Shown here: piece after piece, positions 30,201 to 41,236 of the stretch | How positions within the stretch are numbered: the stretch's first letter is position 1 | Layout: every line of letters starts with the position of its first letter | Source: Macrostomum lignano | Taxonomy: Eukaryota | Direction: 5' to 3' | Assembly (NCBI GenBank): GCA_002269645.1 | Contig: NIVC01000708.1 | Location: 124,001-188,000 of the forward strand | DNA length: 64,000 bases | Notes under the pieces: generated by a model | Seen by the model: only the letters and a program-made list of their open reading frames with translations | Told to the model about the DNA's origin: nothing | The model's database searches: none | Made by a program: the position numbers and the translations under genes

Positions 30201-32967
30201 GGCATCGCTGCGAGTCTGCACAAACTCTGGCCTGATGCACTGAAACTTGTCGAGCTCCAGGTATCGAGCTGCCGAGGCCGCAGTCAGCAGCGCAGCCGCT
30301 GCAACAAGGCCCAGAAGATGCGGCATCCCTGGTTAGGGCTATGCGAAGAAATTCGCCTGACTTCGAGGCTTAAGTAGGCAAAAATTTCCGCCAGTTGAGT
30401 TCTCCGTTCGATACTTTCTTAGAAATGCTTTGATCCAGGCGGCACTTCACTTTGAGTCAAGACAGAGAAGAGAGCTGCATCTATTAGCATTCGAATTGCT
30501 GGATTGTCCTCTCTTGGCCATCCATCCATTGTATTGAAAGCAATGCTTTTAGGCATGGTGAGGAACAGTCAGCGATTGGAGTGGCTTTTATGCTGGTTAC
30601 TCGCGTGAACTGCTCACTAAATCGGTAATTCAATATCGATTATTTTAAAAGCATCCTTATATTGGTCTAATGGTTGATATGGTTCGATTGGTTTCAAAAG
30701 ACATTTGAGGCTTTCTGAATCGACAAGTAGCCAAGAGCACATGATGCAGCTTTGAGCAATGCACCAGTCTTGACGATCGGCAATGGTCTCTCTTACTGGT
30801 TACCTAACAGTATCATTGGGCCATCCATACACTACATGACGTACGACTCGCAAAGTACTCGAAAAATCGAGCTTAGCGCAGTTGTTAGTAATGCTAATAT
30901 TATTAATAGATTACACCTACCCTAATGGGCAGATGAAGGCTGCGTACGGCTGTTCAGTCCAAGGATTGGGGGTGGGTGGCCACACACCCTCAATTCCTAT
31001 CAAGACACTAGCTAATGCTGGTACCCATTTTACAGCTGGGTGAACTGAAGCAATGCAGCGTTGGGTGTCTTGTTCAAGGACACAGTTTGGTCTTATGAGA
31101 CAAAAAATGTCAGAACTTGCCGGACATCACTCATATTTCAATAGAGGGCTCTTATCTGCTCAAAAAGGTAATTCTATGAGAAATTTTTTCAGAGAAATTA
31201 CCTACGGGTTGGAAAGTCACAATACAAGCATTATTAGTCCAAGACTGATGATGACACAGGCACAGGTTCAACCCTAAAGCCTGGAAACCAGGTCATTTAT
31301 TAAAACTTAATGACTTCTTGGAAAAACTTGTCGAATGCCTAAACATTTCAGCGATTACTTCAAATAAATCCGTGGCTGTCAACTCAAGCTTCTCCGTTCG
31401 GTGCATTCGGCACTGCGACAGAACTTGTCCTGTGCTGAATTCGAGCAAACTGCAGCTCTGCTTGCCAAACGGCACCTGCTCAGCCAATGACGAACTGCAT
31501 ATCAGCAGTGCCCAGCCTCATGAGCACTCTGGAAACTACACTTGCCAAATGGATGCTGTTCGAACATCAGCCTCTGTTACCGTACTTTGTAAGTCGACTG
31601 TTATTGAGAAATTTCGCCTTCAGATGGAACAGAGACACGTTGAAAAGTCCCTCTCTCTCTGAACACACTGTAGACCCGCCATCAAGCGTATCAGTCTCTG
31701 CCCCGAACTCAAGCAGCTGCGACAGTCCGTCCGACATCGTCGTGCACTTTACATCCTCCGCATCTCAGCCTGCACCCGAGCACAGTTGCAGTGCTGCTGC
31801 TGACATGGCTGCAATGGAAAACTTCACCCGCCTTTCAGAAACGAGTTTTACTAAAGTCAATAACGGTTCTTACGTCAGCCAGTGGAAACTCGACTTTGAT
31901 AGCAATGAGAAGCTGTCTAAGCTAGAGAGCGTCTTCATCAACTGCACGGCTGAGGGGAGCCACTCGGACAGCGGGTTCGCCTACTCACTGAGTCGCAGTC
32001 TCAACTGGAGTTGCAGAAGTCTAAGAGGGGAGTTCAGCCATCCCCCAGGATTGAACAAAAGCTTCTTCTTAGCGATTCTGAGCATGGGAGCAGCGGCCTC
32101 TGTGATTGCATTGGTTATAATTATTGTTGCGGCTTTGGTCAGTAGCTTGTCCGCCATACACGCTGCCCACTTGCATGCGCTTTAGCATATTGATTTATCA
32201 AATAGTCGTTTTGCACATTTCAGTGCAAATCCGGAACCACTGAGCCGTCAGCAATAACGCTGAGCCTCAAGTCGCTTCCCTCAGTGAGTCAGTTAGTCCC
32301 GGATCCACCGGAGACGGTTGAGGCTCCTCCGGTGAGTTGCTCGCTATCTGTGCAAATACTAAGTTTTTAGCCTTAATGGGCATATTGAATCCGAATGGCT
32401 GTGGGAGACGTCAGATCTATCGGTTTTGGCCATAGACAGAAGCTCGAAACCAATAAAAACCAAACCAATTTTTCTACAAAAAACTCAAAACAGACGCCCA
32501 AATAAAAGTAACGTCATTAACTGAGGGGGTGCAGAAGATTACAATTTTAACAAATTAAACTACTTTTTTGCTTATCTAAATGCATACCCGTGTCGCATCG
32601 TGCCCATGAAGATCCGTGAGGATCGACCTTCAGGCAGATGGGACAGTGAGAACTTACTTTGTGATAGGAGTACAATCGCGAATTCTCCTCTGACTTAGCG
32701 ACTTCGTTTTAGCGTTTAAAGTTTTTCAGTCAACTATAGCTTGACGAGATCCGTAACACGAATAAATTATGAGCTTCGACGTCAAAAGTCAGCATCAACA
32801 ATTTTTTGACATTTCAGACGCGCCACTACTTTGACTACGAGGAGCCGGAGTGCAGCTACATGCTGGTGATGCCGGCCGCCCAGGCTGCCCAGGCCAGGCG
32901 GGTCCGGACTGAGTCTGACGACAGCGAGTGCACCGTCTATGAGGAAATCGTCGGGGACGGCGACTGA
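21207..32967 (+). CDS. Receptor D: SP - L1 - 2 Ig - L2 - Ig - L3 - 4 Ig - C2-like - TM - tail (intact; 3 lectin and 7 Ig domains)
   Basis: SP 21207-21276; L1 22116-22358, 22437-22663, 22869-22959; Ig 23380-23616, 24081-24323; L2 24753-24995, 25118-25329, 25413-25503; Ig 25629-25856; L3 26101-26325, 26630-26832, 27500-27590; Ig 27660-27899, 28461-28694, 28804-29052, 31352-31588; C2-like+TM 31674-32137; tail 32224-32331, 32818-32967 (ECSYMLV...ECTVYEEIVGDGD*). Exon lengths keep frame. No separate signal-peptide exon found before L2 or L3. Confidence 0.78.
21465..22005. repeat. ~21-bp minisatellite (CGGCGCCAAAATGAGTGCCTG variants) in intron 1 of D
   Basis: Direct inspection. Confidence 0.95.
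24345..24722. repeat. 10-bp tandem (TGTTGCTCA[AG])n upstream of lectin L2 of D
   Basis: Direct inspection; paralogous array at 52562-53221. Confidence 0.97.
27951..28245 (+). mobile_element. Dispersed SINE-like repeat (second family)
   Basis: B-box-like GGCTCGATTCC head and AAT tail. Inverted copy at ~48925-49248; related fragments near 8400-8520, 20050-20100 and 34290-34470. Confidence 0.65.
29595..30326 (-). CDS. Secreted PAN/apple + C-type lectin domain protein, intronless, nested antisense in an intron of D
   Basis: 243-aa ORF: signal peptide MPHLLGLVAAAALLTAASA; PAN-like CASLCDAKLDCQAFSLADGPCQL; CTLD motifs MLGG, GGWFW, WLTGQPDD, LND and terminal EC. Confidence 0.85.
   Translation of the reverse strand: MPHLLGLVAAAALLTAASAARYLELDKFQCIRPEFVQTRSDATSKIDCASLCDAKLDCQAFSLADGPCQLFVFNRCSKRVRDCGCSRRAPVFVRQQPGLPPGALCPAGFSDDLCGTKYKMYSGIHDWLVAKTDIDAEPGLVIMADVSDLEELQHIRSLAPNTTDTSVMLGGWQLPGSEEPSGGWFWTSCNSSIDGSLWLTGQPDDAVAESYVSCSPTFDGLNDYIEYSGYYVGAIAECLAPLD
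30911..31084 (-). mobile_element. 5'-truncated copy of the CORE-like SINE
   Basis: Co-linear with 13888-14050. Confidence 0.7.
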
Positions 32968-35101
32968 CGAGCGAAAATTGAAATAAACCTTGCGGACTCT
33001 GTTTAGTCTGTTTACGATCTAATCGCTCTTGATCTCGAGCTTCCCTTGCTCTTCTTTTTTTCCTTGGTGTTTGGTCCCTGAGTGTTTTTTCGTCTATGCA
33101 TGACATTTAGAAATGACATATTTCCCAACTGGATGTCGTGCAGTCGCTTGGGTGTCTCTCAGAGGTCACTCCTTGTGGACACCGCGGTTGTAAAATCTCG
33201 CGGCTCGTTCTGTTTGTCATCGGATCGGTGAAAATGATTGGCTTGGTTTGCACGACGTGGCGTCTGGTCACCTTGCCTTCGTTGTTCTCCACAGACGCCA
33301 CAGCTTGGCCTTCCTGTCGTATCACCATGCCCGGTGCCGCCTCAGCTTCTAGTTCTCGTAAACTCGAATCCACACCGGCTCACATGCTGAGTCACCGGGC
33401 CGCGCAGCAGTTGTCCGCGCATCAGCTCTGCTGCCTTGTGATGCTCTTGATCTTGTCCGCTCCCAAGTGTCCATCACGCATCGTGTCCAGCGCCCATAGT
33501 GCTTTTTTGCACTCTGCAGTAGAGAAGCCCATTTTCGATGACAAAATCGTCACAATCGTCAAAATCGAGTAGACTTGCTCCTGAGCTGTCCAGCCATACT
33601 TAACTTGTACAAACAGTCTCTGCATGGTCTGATCCATCTTGGATGCACGTCTGATTTTGCTCTTGTCCGACGGCTCGTCCAGTAGATGTCCTGGACGGTG
33701 TTGACTTCAAAATTTTGTTTGCCAACGTCGTTGGGGTTAAGCCTTGGGACTTTCTTCCAGTCTTTTGCAGACCGTAGCCAAAATCGTATCTTTCATCTTT
33801 GAGCTCCAAGAAAAGTAGAAGGCTTGGCGATGCTATTAGTTTTTAAGACTCATGCTTTCAGAAACTAAATTTCTGAGACAGGAACTTCTGATTCATTTTA
33901 TCCAATGCAATTCTCATCCTTTGCTTGACAGCTTGCTTTGTCTGATGCTTTGTATAACTTGTTCTATGAAAATAATGTTTCCATATTAGTGTTTATTCTC
34001 TCGTCAATATTGGCGTCAACAATTTCACTTTGCCCTCAAAACTTTTGCCCTCAATTATGTTCCAGTTGATAAACAAGAGAGACTCAATTGCCAGTTTATT
34101 GAATTCGATAATTAATCCGGTTTTGCATGACTCAGACAGCTCTGCCAAAAGACAGTCTATTTATGCGCTATCTATTTTATGCTTTCAAAGCGCTTGCAAG
34201 TCACTGTAGAAAGGTACGTGTAAATAATTATACTACCGGAGGGCTGTGGACCCCTGGCGCAACGCCCTTGGTGACACCGTCCCGCAACCAGCGCTTAGGC
34301 AATTCTGCTCATTCCGCTGACTCTGAGCACATACGACGTACACTCGCTCACACAGGGTGTACAGCCGCCCTCGACTTTCTAATCATCAGGCTTGTACATC
34401 TCCGTGCTTTGGAGGCCCTCATTTGTTTGAACCGCGAACGAAAACTCAATGGCTAATTTTTGAGCACAAGCCCACGGAACTGCACCAGGTGTCGCTGCGT
34501 CAGATGCGTTTACGGCTGCTTTGACCCCCAGAAAGATAAGCTTGCAGTGCATGAATAATTTTACTTGAATATTCCATAATTAGTGCAAGAGCGAGCCTTG
34601 TCGCTCCCTGCTATCCCTGCTGTTATCTTTCCGTACTTGTCTGCTGCCATTACTGTGCGAACTTGAATGCCGGCATCAATAAATCTCTATTCAGACTCTG
34701 TTTTCGATAATAAATTCCACCATGCGTCCTTGTTCTGACTAACGTGTTTCTGTCTCAGTGTTTGTAATTTATAGCCCTACCGATCGCAATCTGCTTCAAG
34801 GTCAAAGACAGAAAAAGCATTGCTGATTCTGCAGTAGCAGGTCGCACATCCGGTGTCACGAAGCTGAGACTGGAAGTGCTGGACTGTGCTAGTCAGGATG
34901 ATGGCCTAAAATTATCACTCAGGAACTTACCATGTCCTATAAATATAATGCAAAGAGTGCTAATAAAAGGCCATGTGCTTTGAATACATTAGAAAGGAAT
35001 CAGGAAGCTTGGAAAAGCTACTTAAAAAATATTTGTTTCGCAATGAACTCAATCACTTATGCCACTCTTGTAAGAACTTGATTTTTAGATTAGTTTATTC
35101 C

Positions 35102-38100
35102 ATGGTGCCTGCGATTCTAGTCCTGATTGTCTCGCTGGGACCGGGTGCTCTGGCAGACTGTAAGTACATTATTGCTGCAGCCGCGACTGCTGGAGTGCTC
35201 AGCCATTGTGCCTCAAAATTGCAGGTGAGCTTCCAATTCGAAGGCATCACGTGCTGAGCACCTGGCAGTCGTCCTTTGGCGACGGGCCGACCTGTTTCTT
35301 CAACAGAACTCGCAGTGCTGAGGCCTCGGTGATCGGTGACAGAATGCAAAGCTACAGGTTTTTGCACAGCGCTGACAGGAGCCAAGCAGACGGCGGGTTT
35401 CACTGGTTCGCCGTGCAGCTCAACGAGTCAGTGCTGATCAGCTCAGTGACTGTGAAGGGCAGAGACGGTGAGAGAGGACTTGCTTAGCAGATTTGAGGAT
35501 TGAAAACTAGAAGAAACTCCTGAAATAGCCATGTGAAGAGCCATCCTGCTTGGTAACCCATTGATTTAATCTAGAAAACCGCTCGCAAAATTGCAGACAG
35601 CGAATCCAGCGTCTATCGTAGAAGCAGCGGAATTGAAATCTGGGCGTCCAGCAGCTTCGGGGAGATATTTTCAGGCGAGCACTGCAGCTCAGAGAGCATG
35701 AGCAGGCAGTTCAGCGAGTCCCAGCAAAACTGGACTCTGTGCGGCGTCACTGAGAGCGCAGACGCCGCTGTTTCCGGCGAACTGCTCACGGTGGAGTGCA
35801 CGGCCGAGGTGGGTTGTTGCTATGCTTTAGAAAACGTCCCACTTCATAGCCATAAACTATTGAAGCACAAAACTATTGAGGCACTTACTGCTGCGAAAGA
35901 ACATGACCGCAGAGGCCGCCTCGCCGCCTCTTGACTTCATGAGCGCGGCCGATCTCCAGCTACAAACTGTGCAGCTTGGTGAGCACACTGAGAGTCCATC
36001 TGAATGGAGCGTTACTAAAACTGTGCTAATAAACCGGTTGAATTCACAGGCATGTCTGCACCAGAGCTGGTGGCGGAGGGCTCCAGTTTCACAATCAGCT
36101 GCTCCCTGTCCTGCAGAGCAGCCGCGGTGAGCACAGACTCAAGCGAACTGCAGCTCTGCCTTCCAAACGGCAGCTGCACAGCAGACAATCGGCTGCAGAT
36201 TCGTAGGGCGCACCCGATGCAATCCGGAAACTACACCTGCAAATTCGGCTCCTGGAAGTACTCGACTACAGTTGTTGTGTTGTGTGAGCATCTTAGCTTG
36301 AAGTTCAAATAGTTAAATCAGTTTTAGCCACTTCAAGCTTCGCATTAAAGATTTCATTCTGTGGAATTTAGGGGATTTCCCAATTCGGAGGAGCCGAGTG
36401 TTCAGCTCGTGGCAGTCGTCAGCCTATGGACGGACCTGCTTTCACAACAGGAGCGCTTCGCGGGAGGCACGAGACATTGAAAGCAGGGAGAGCAGCTACC
36501 GGTTCTTCCACAGCGGTGGCGAGAGCGAAGCAGACGGCGGGTTTCACTGGTTTGCAGTGCAGCTGAATGAGACAGTGCTCATCAGATCTGTGACTGTGAA
36601 AGTGAGAGAGGGTGAGTGCCGATCAGCTGAGCTCAACATTCTTTCATTAGCGCTGGATTTCAGGTGAGACAAACTTCCCAAACTTCAGTCGGAAGCAGCA
36701 CCGACTTTCTGAGGGCCAAGGGTATCGAAATTTTCACTTCCAACCGAGTCCAAGCGATATTTTCCGGTGATCATTGCCGCTCAAAAGGCATGAGTCGCCA
36801 GTACGAGGACTCGGAGGCCTATTGGACAAAGTGCGGCCAAACTGACAAGAAGGGCAGCATCACCGCGGGAGAATCTTTAAAGGTGGACTGTGAGGCTGAG
36901 GCAAGTATTTTGAGGATATACAATCCAAATGCAGTTAGACCACGCGATTAAAAGCAAAGAACCATTTTGCACTGCTTTCCTGCAGGTCCGGCACCTGCTG
37001 CTGAGGAGAAGCAACCTTGCGGCAGGTGATGGCTTCATGAACTTTGCAGATCTCTCACTTCAGGTTGTTCCTCTCAGTGAGTTCTCAAGTAGTTTACTTC
37101 TGAAGAAGGTCGATAAGAATCTTCAAGATTGCATAATTTAGCTCTTAAATTGCAGGAACTCACAGACCTCTTGTGGTGGCTGAGAACGCCAGCTTCACAG
37201 TGAGCTGCACGCAGAACTGCAACGGCTCAGAAGTCTTCAGTCCGACTCAAGCGAGTGATTTGAAGCTGTGCTCTGCAAATGGCAGCTGCAGATCAGGTGT
37301 CAATTTTCAAATTCTTCGTGCTAAGCCTCATCACGCAGAAAAGTTTACGTGCCGATTTGGTGATCAGAAGATTTCAACAGCAGTTTCTGTGCTTTGTGAG
37401 TCCGAGCAATGAGATTTGCGCGTCTCTGAAGTTCTCTCTATTGGAGAGGCTAAATAACCAACCTATTTCAACACTTCAGCTCCCTCGAGGACTCAAGTTG
37501 TCGCGGAGGGCTCAAACTTCTCAGTGAACTGTTTGCTGCACTGCAGTGACGCATCAGACTGCAGGGAATTCCTCAAAACACTCAAGATTTGCCCACCAAA
37601 CAGCAGCTGCACTTTGGAAAGTGAGCTGCTAATTGGTGCTGCCAGAACTTATCATTCCGGAATCTACAGGTGCAAACTGAATGCTGTTGAGGCCGCTACT
37701 GTTGTGACGGTATTGTGTAAGTTTATCTTTCTTACCTGGTCCTGTAGTCTATAATTATGCTGACTTTGAGTCAATTCTGTTGCTGCCTTTCGAATAAATG
37801 AAGCCTAATCTCCGAGTCAAGTGGTGGCTGAGAACTCCAGCTTCGAAGTGAGCTGCTCACTCCACAGTGGCAATGCGAATGTGAGCACAGACTCGTCAGG
37901 TGTGCAGCTGTGCCTTCCGAACGGCAGCTGCATCGCTCAGTCCCGAATTGAGATGGAGAATGCGGAGCCTCGGCACTCTGGACAATATTCGTGCGAATTT
38001 GAAACCGCGACAAAGTCCACCGAAGTTGCAGTTCTGAGTGAGGGTTGTCGCCTGCCGTTGATGTTTAAATAAATTCCGTTTGGGCTTTTATTTGACTAAA

Positions 38101-39912
38101 TCTGAGACTTTACCGTTTCAGCGTCCTCTCCTCATCAAGTTATTGCTGAGAACTCCAGTCTCAACCTGAGCTGCTCACTACACTGCGGTGATGCAGCTCA
38201 GTGCACAGACTCAGTTGAGCTCAAGCAGCTGCAGCTGTGCCACCCCAACGCTGATTGCACAGCGAATTCAAGCCTTGAGATTGCAGCGGCTGCTCCCGCC
38301 CGCTCAGGGACATACAGGTGCAAAATTGGGCAGTCGGTTGTTGCGTTCACAAAAGTGGCAGTGCTCTGTGAGTCAGGGTTTGATGCTGAGACACCTGTGC
38401 AGCTTAATATGAGGCTTATTGGACACACGCTCTCCCACCTGTACCTGCAGCTGCGACAACCGATCAAGTAGTCGCTGAGGACTCCAGCTTCAATGTGAGC
38501 TGCATCTTACACAGCGATGAGTACAACTTGTTTGGCAGGCCGCAGCTGTGCTTCCCAAACGGCAGCTGTTTCAACAAGACGGCACTGCAAGTTTTTAACG
38601 CAACCGCTCAGAATTCAGGCTCCTACAGGTGCCGTCTCCGCGGGGCTGAAGTCACAGCGACTGTTTCTGTACTGTGTAAGAAACCGGCCTCTCTCTGTTT
38701 TCACTTTTATGCAGGCATTACAAATGGATTTGAATTTTTCAATTGCAGCATCGTCTGAAGATCAAGTCGTGGCTGCAAACTCCAGCTTCAAGGTCACCTG
38801 CCAGCTGCACCCCGACATCGGTGCAGATTGGAGTAGCCTACTGCTCTGCCAGCCCAACGGAAGCTGCAGCACAGGTAGTCGCATACTGCAGATTTCCAGT
38901 GCTGCACCCGAGAATGCTGGAATCTACACCTGCAGATTGGGCTTGATGTTTGCGTCAGCCTCTGTTGCAGTGCTTTGTAAGTCCTGGCCTCTGTCATGCT
39001 GCTTAGTTAAGCACTCAGAATGTTGCCGTGACTCCTGACTTGATTTTGCCAACAGACCCGCCAAGAGTTGTTGCTATTTCGGTTTTCAACTCACACAACT
39101 GCTCAAGTCAATCAGATGTGATCGTTCAGTTGAACTCATCTGCATCTCAGCCGGTTTCGGAGCACAGCTGCATGGTTGATGAAGATGGACAAAGAATGAG
39201 AAATATAACGCTCTTGTCATTCGTGAGTTTGGATGAGGAATTTCTGAAGGGTATTGAACTTTAGTTTGAGACTGCCTGACGGGCTGATTGCAGATCTCAA
39301 GCAGCAAAGGCTCTGTGAGCAGGTGGGCACTCGCTGGTGATGAGGCTGAGAAGCTGGGCTGGAGCAGCGGCTCAGTGAGCTGCACCGCGGCTCAGAACTT
39401 GCCAGACCACATCAAATTCTCCGGGTTCAGCCATAGAACTGCGAAGTGGAGCTGCAGTCTGAAGTCAAGTGCTCGAGCTGCTTCAGCCAGTCTGTGGATT
39501 ATCTGCATCTGTGCTCTGCTCATCCTCGCCACGCTGCTCATGTTTGCTGCAATCGCTGTGAGTCCTCTGAAATATTTTAGCGCCTTTCATGAACTCCAGT
39601 TGATCAAAAACAAAAACCAAAACTATTTTAGCGCATTTGCCGCCACTCTGAACCGGTTTCTGCAGAGATGAACGCGGTTCCAACTCCTTTGAGAACACCT
39701 GAGTCAAATTATGGTCAAGCCGAGGTGGGTCTTTAGCTCTTACATGTTCTAGTTGCAGTATCAAAAGTACTTTTAGTTTTTTCTGAACATTCCAGACAGT
39801 CAGTAACTTGAGAGAAGCTTCATCAGAGTGCAGTTACTACACAGTGGTCCCGGCTAAAGGTGCTCCAACTGCTGCAGATGGCTATCAAGAGATGGTCGCT
39901 GATGGGGACTGA
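35102..39912 (+). CDS. Receptor E: SP - L1 - Ig - L2 - 6 Ig - C2-like - TM - tail; two lesions (possible pseudogene, or rescued by exon skipping)
   Basis: SP 35102-35159; L1 35225-35467, 35597-35808, ~35876-35978 (no in-frame AG acceptor); Ig 36050-36283; L2 36372-36611, 36689-36900 (GC donor), 36986-37076; Ig 37156-37395, 37480-37716, 37804-38037 (in-frame TAA at 37806), 38122-38367, 38451-38675, 38749-38976; 39056-39222; 39294-39557 (TM); tail 39632-39724, 39796-39912 (ECSYYTV...DGYQEMVADGD*). Confidence 0.72.
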
Positions 39913-41236
39913 TGCTGCAATGAAAATTGACAAAATAATACTGCCAGAAGAGAGTCAGTAAACTTGAAATAGGAAATTGTGGTAACTAAGATCTTATAGA
40001 CAATTCAAATCTGTTTTCCTTGGCCGTATTATTGATTAACTAAACTCTCAGATGCAATATCTGTGTTTTTTATTCAGTACGTGCGAAATAAATATGCCAT
40101 AAGTTAACCGGCTTTAGTTCGAAGTACTCGTAATGCATTCGCAACGCTATTTGTGGCCACTCTCAAGGGGACGTTGACTGGAGCACCGGAATGGACTACA
40201 AACGGCTCAGGTCCTTTTGTGAGCTGCCGCGGAAACTGCGGAGGCTAACCGGCTTCAGTGCAAGGGGGCTGTTTGGGTGTTGGCTTGTTGTAGGGTGGTG
40301 GGTGCGGGGTGGGTGCCAGCACCAGTGTGACTGCTCAAAGTTCGCACAAGTTCTCTCAGGATGGCAACACAACCCGGACAGTGGCAAGGGTGGCACAGAA
40401 TTATCCAGTTTGGCCATTGTCGCTCTCAGATAACAGCCTAAGAATGACCTGTCTCAGTCCAAAATTCAATAATCTGCCCTTGACGTTTGTAAGTGTCACC
40501 TGTGCACCACGCGTTCAAAAGTTACAAGTCTAGAAATGACCAAAGCACAATAAGTAAGACAAAGGAAGCAGGAATTTTTTAATTTTAGACTATTTTAACT
40601 ATTTAGGTATAACAAAAAGTAAATAAAGTACGCTCGTACTCGTATATCAAGTAGTATTTACTGAACATCCAACTCATCAAATATTTTAATTGAGGCAGAA
40701 TTTGTTTTTATGGCTTGTACCTAATAATTATTGTTTAAAGTAATTAATAAAAAACAAGTAATACCGTATTCGCGTGTCTATTGCAGTAATTTCAAGCCAC
40801 AAAGCTATATTTAATGTGGCTAAAATATTCTAAAATGTTCATTTTCGACCGTTGTAGCTTCCACCCTCAGACTGCATGCAGTACCTGATGTACATACAGT
40901 AGGTCTACGTAAGCCAAGGTCGGCCAGCATCTTCAAGATAAGGATCGCATTGCCTTCAATCTTATGAAAGGCCCATTATTTATCGTATTTGTATATTAAC
41001 GTCTAATTTCTGGTAAATGGCTAAAATTCTGCATTTCATAAACAAACCTTCGAGCTAAATTACATTTCAAAATTTAAAAGCGTGCAACGAAAGTTCAACA
41101 AAGTTTGCAGAGGCCGGGCCGGTCATATATAAACACAACAAGGAGTCATAAAAGTGTCAATGCGCTTATTCGTATTTGCTAATGATACATCGCTAAATTT
41201 TCTTTGCAAAGTGAAAAGCCACAATCAGAAATACGG

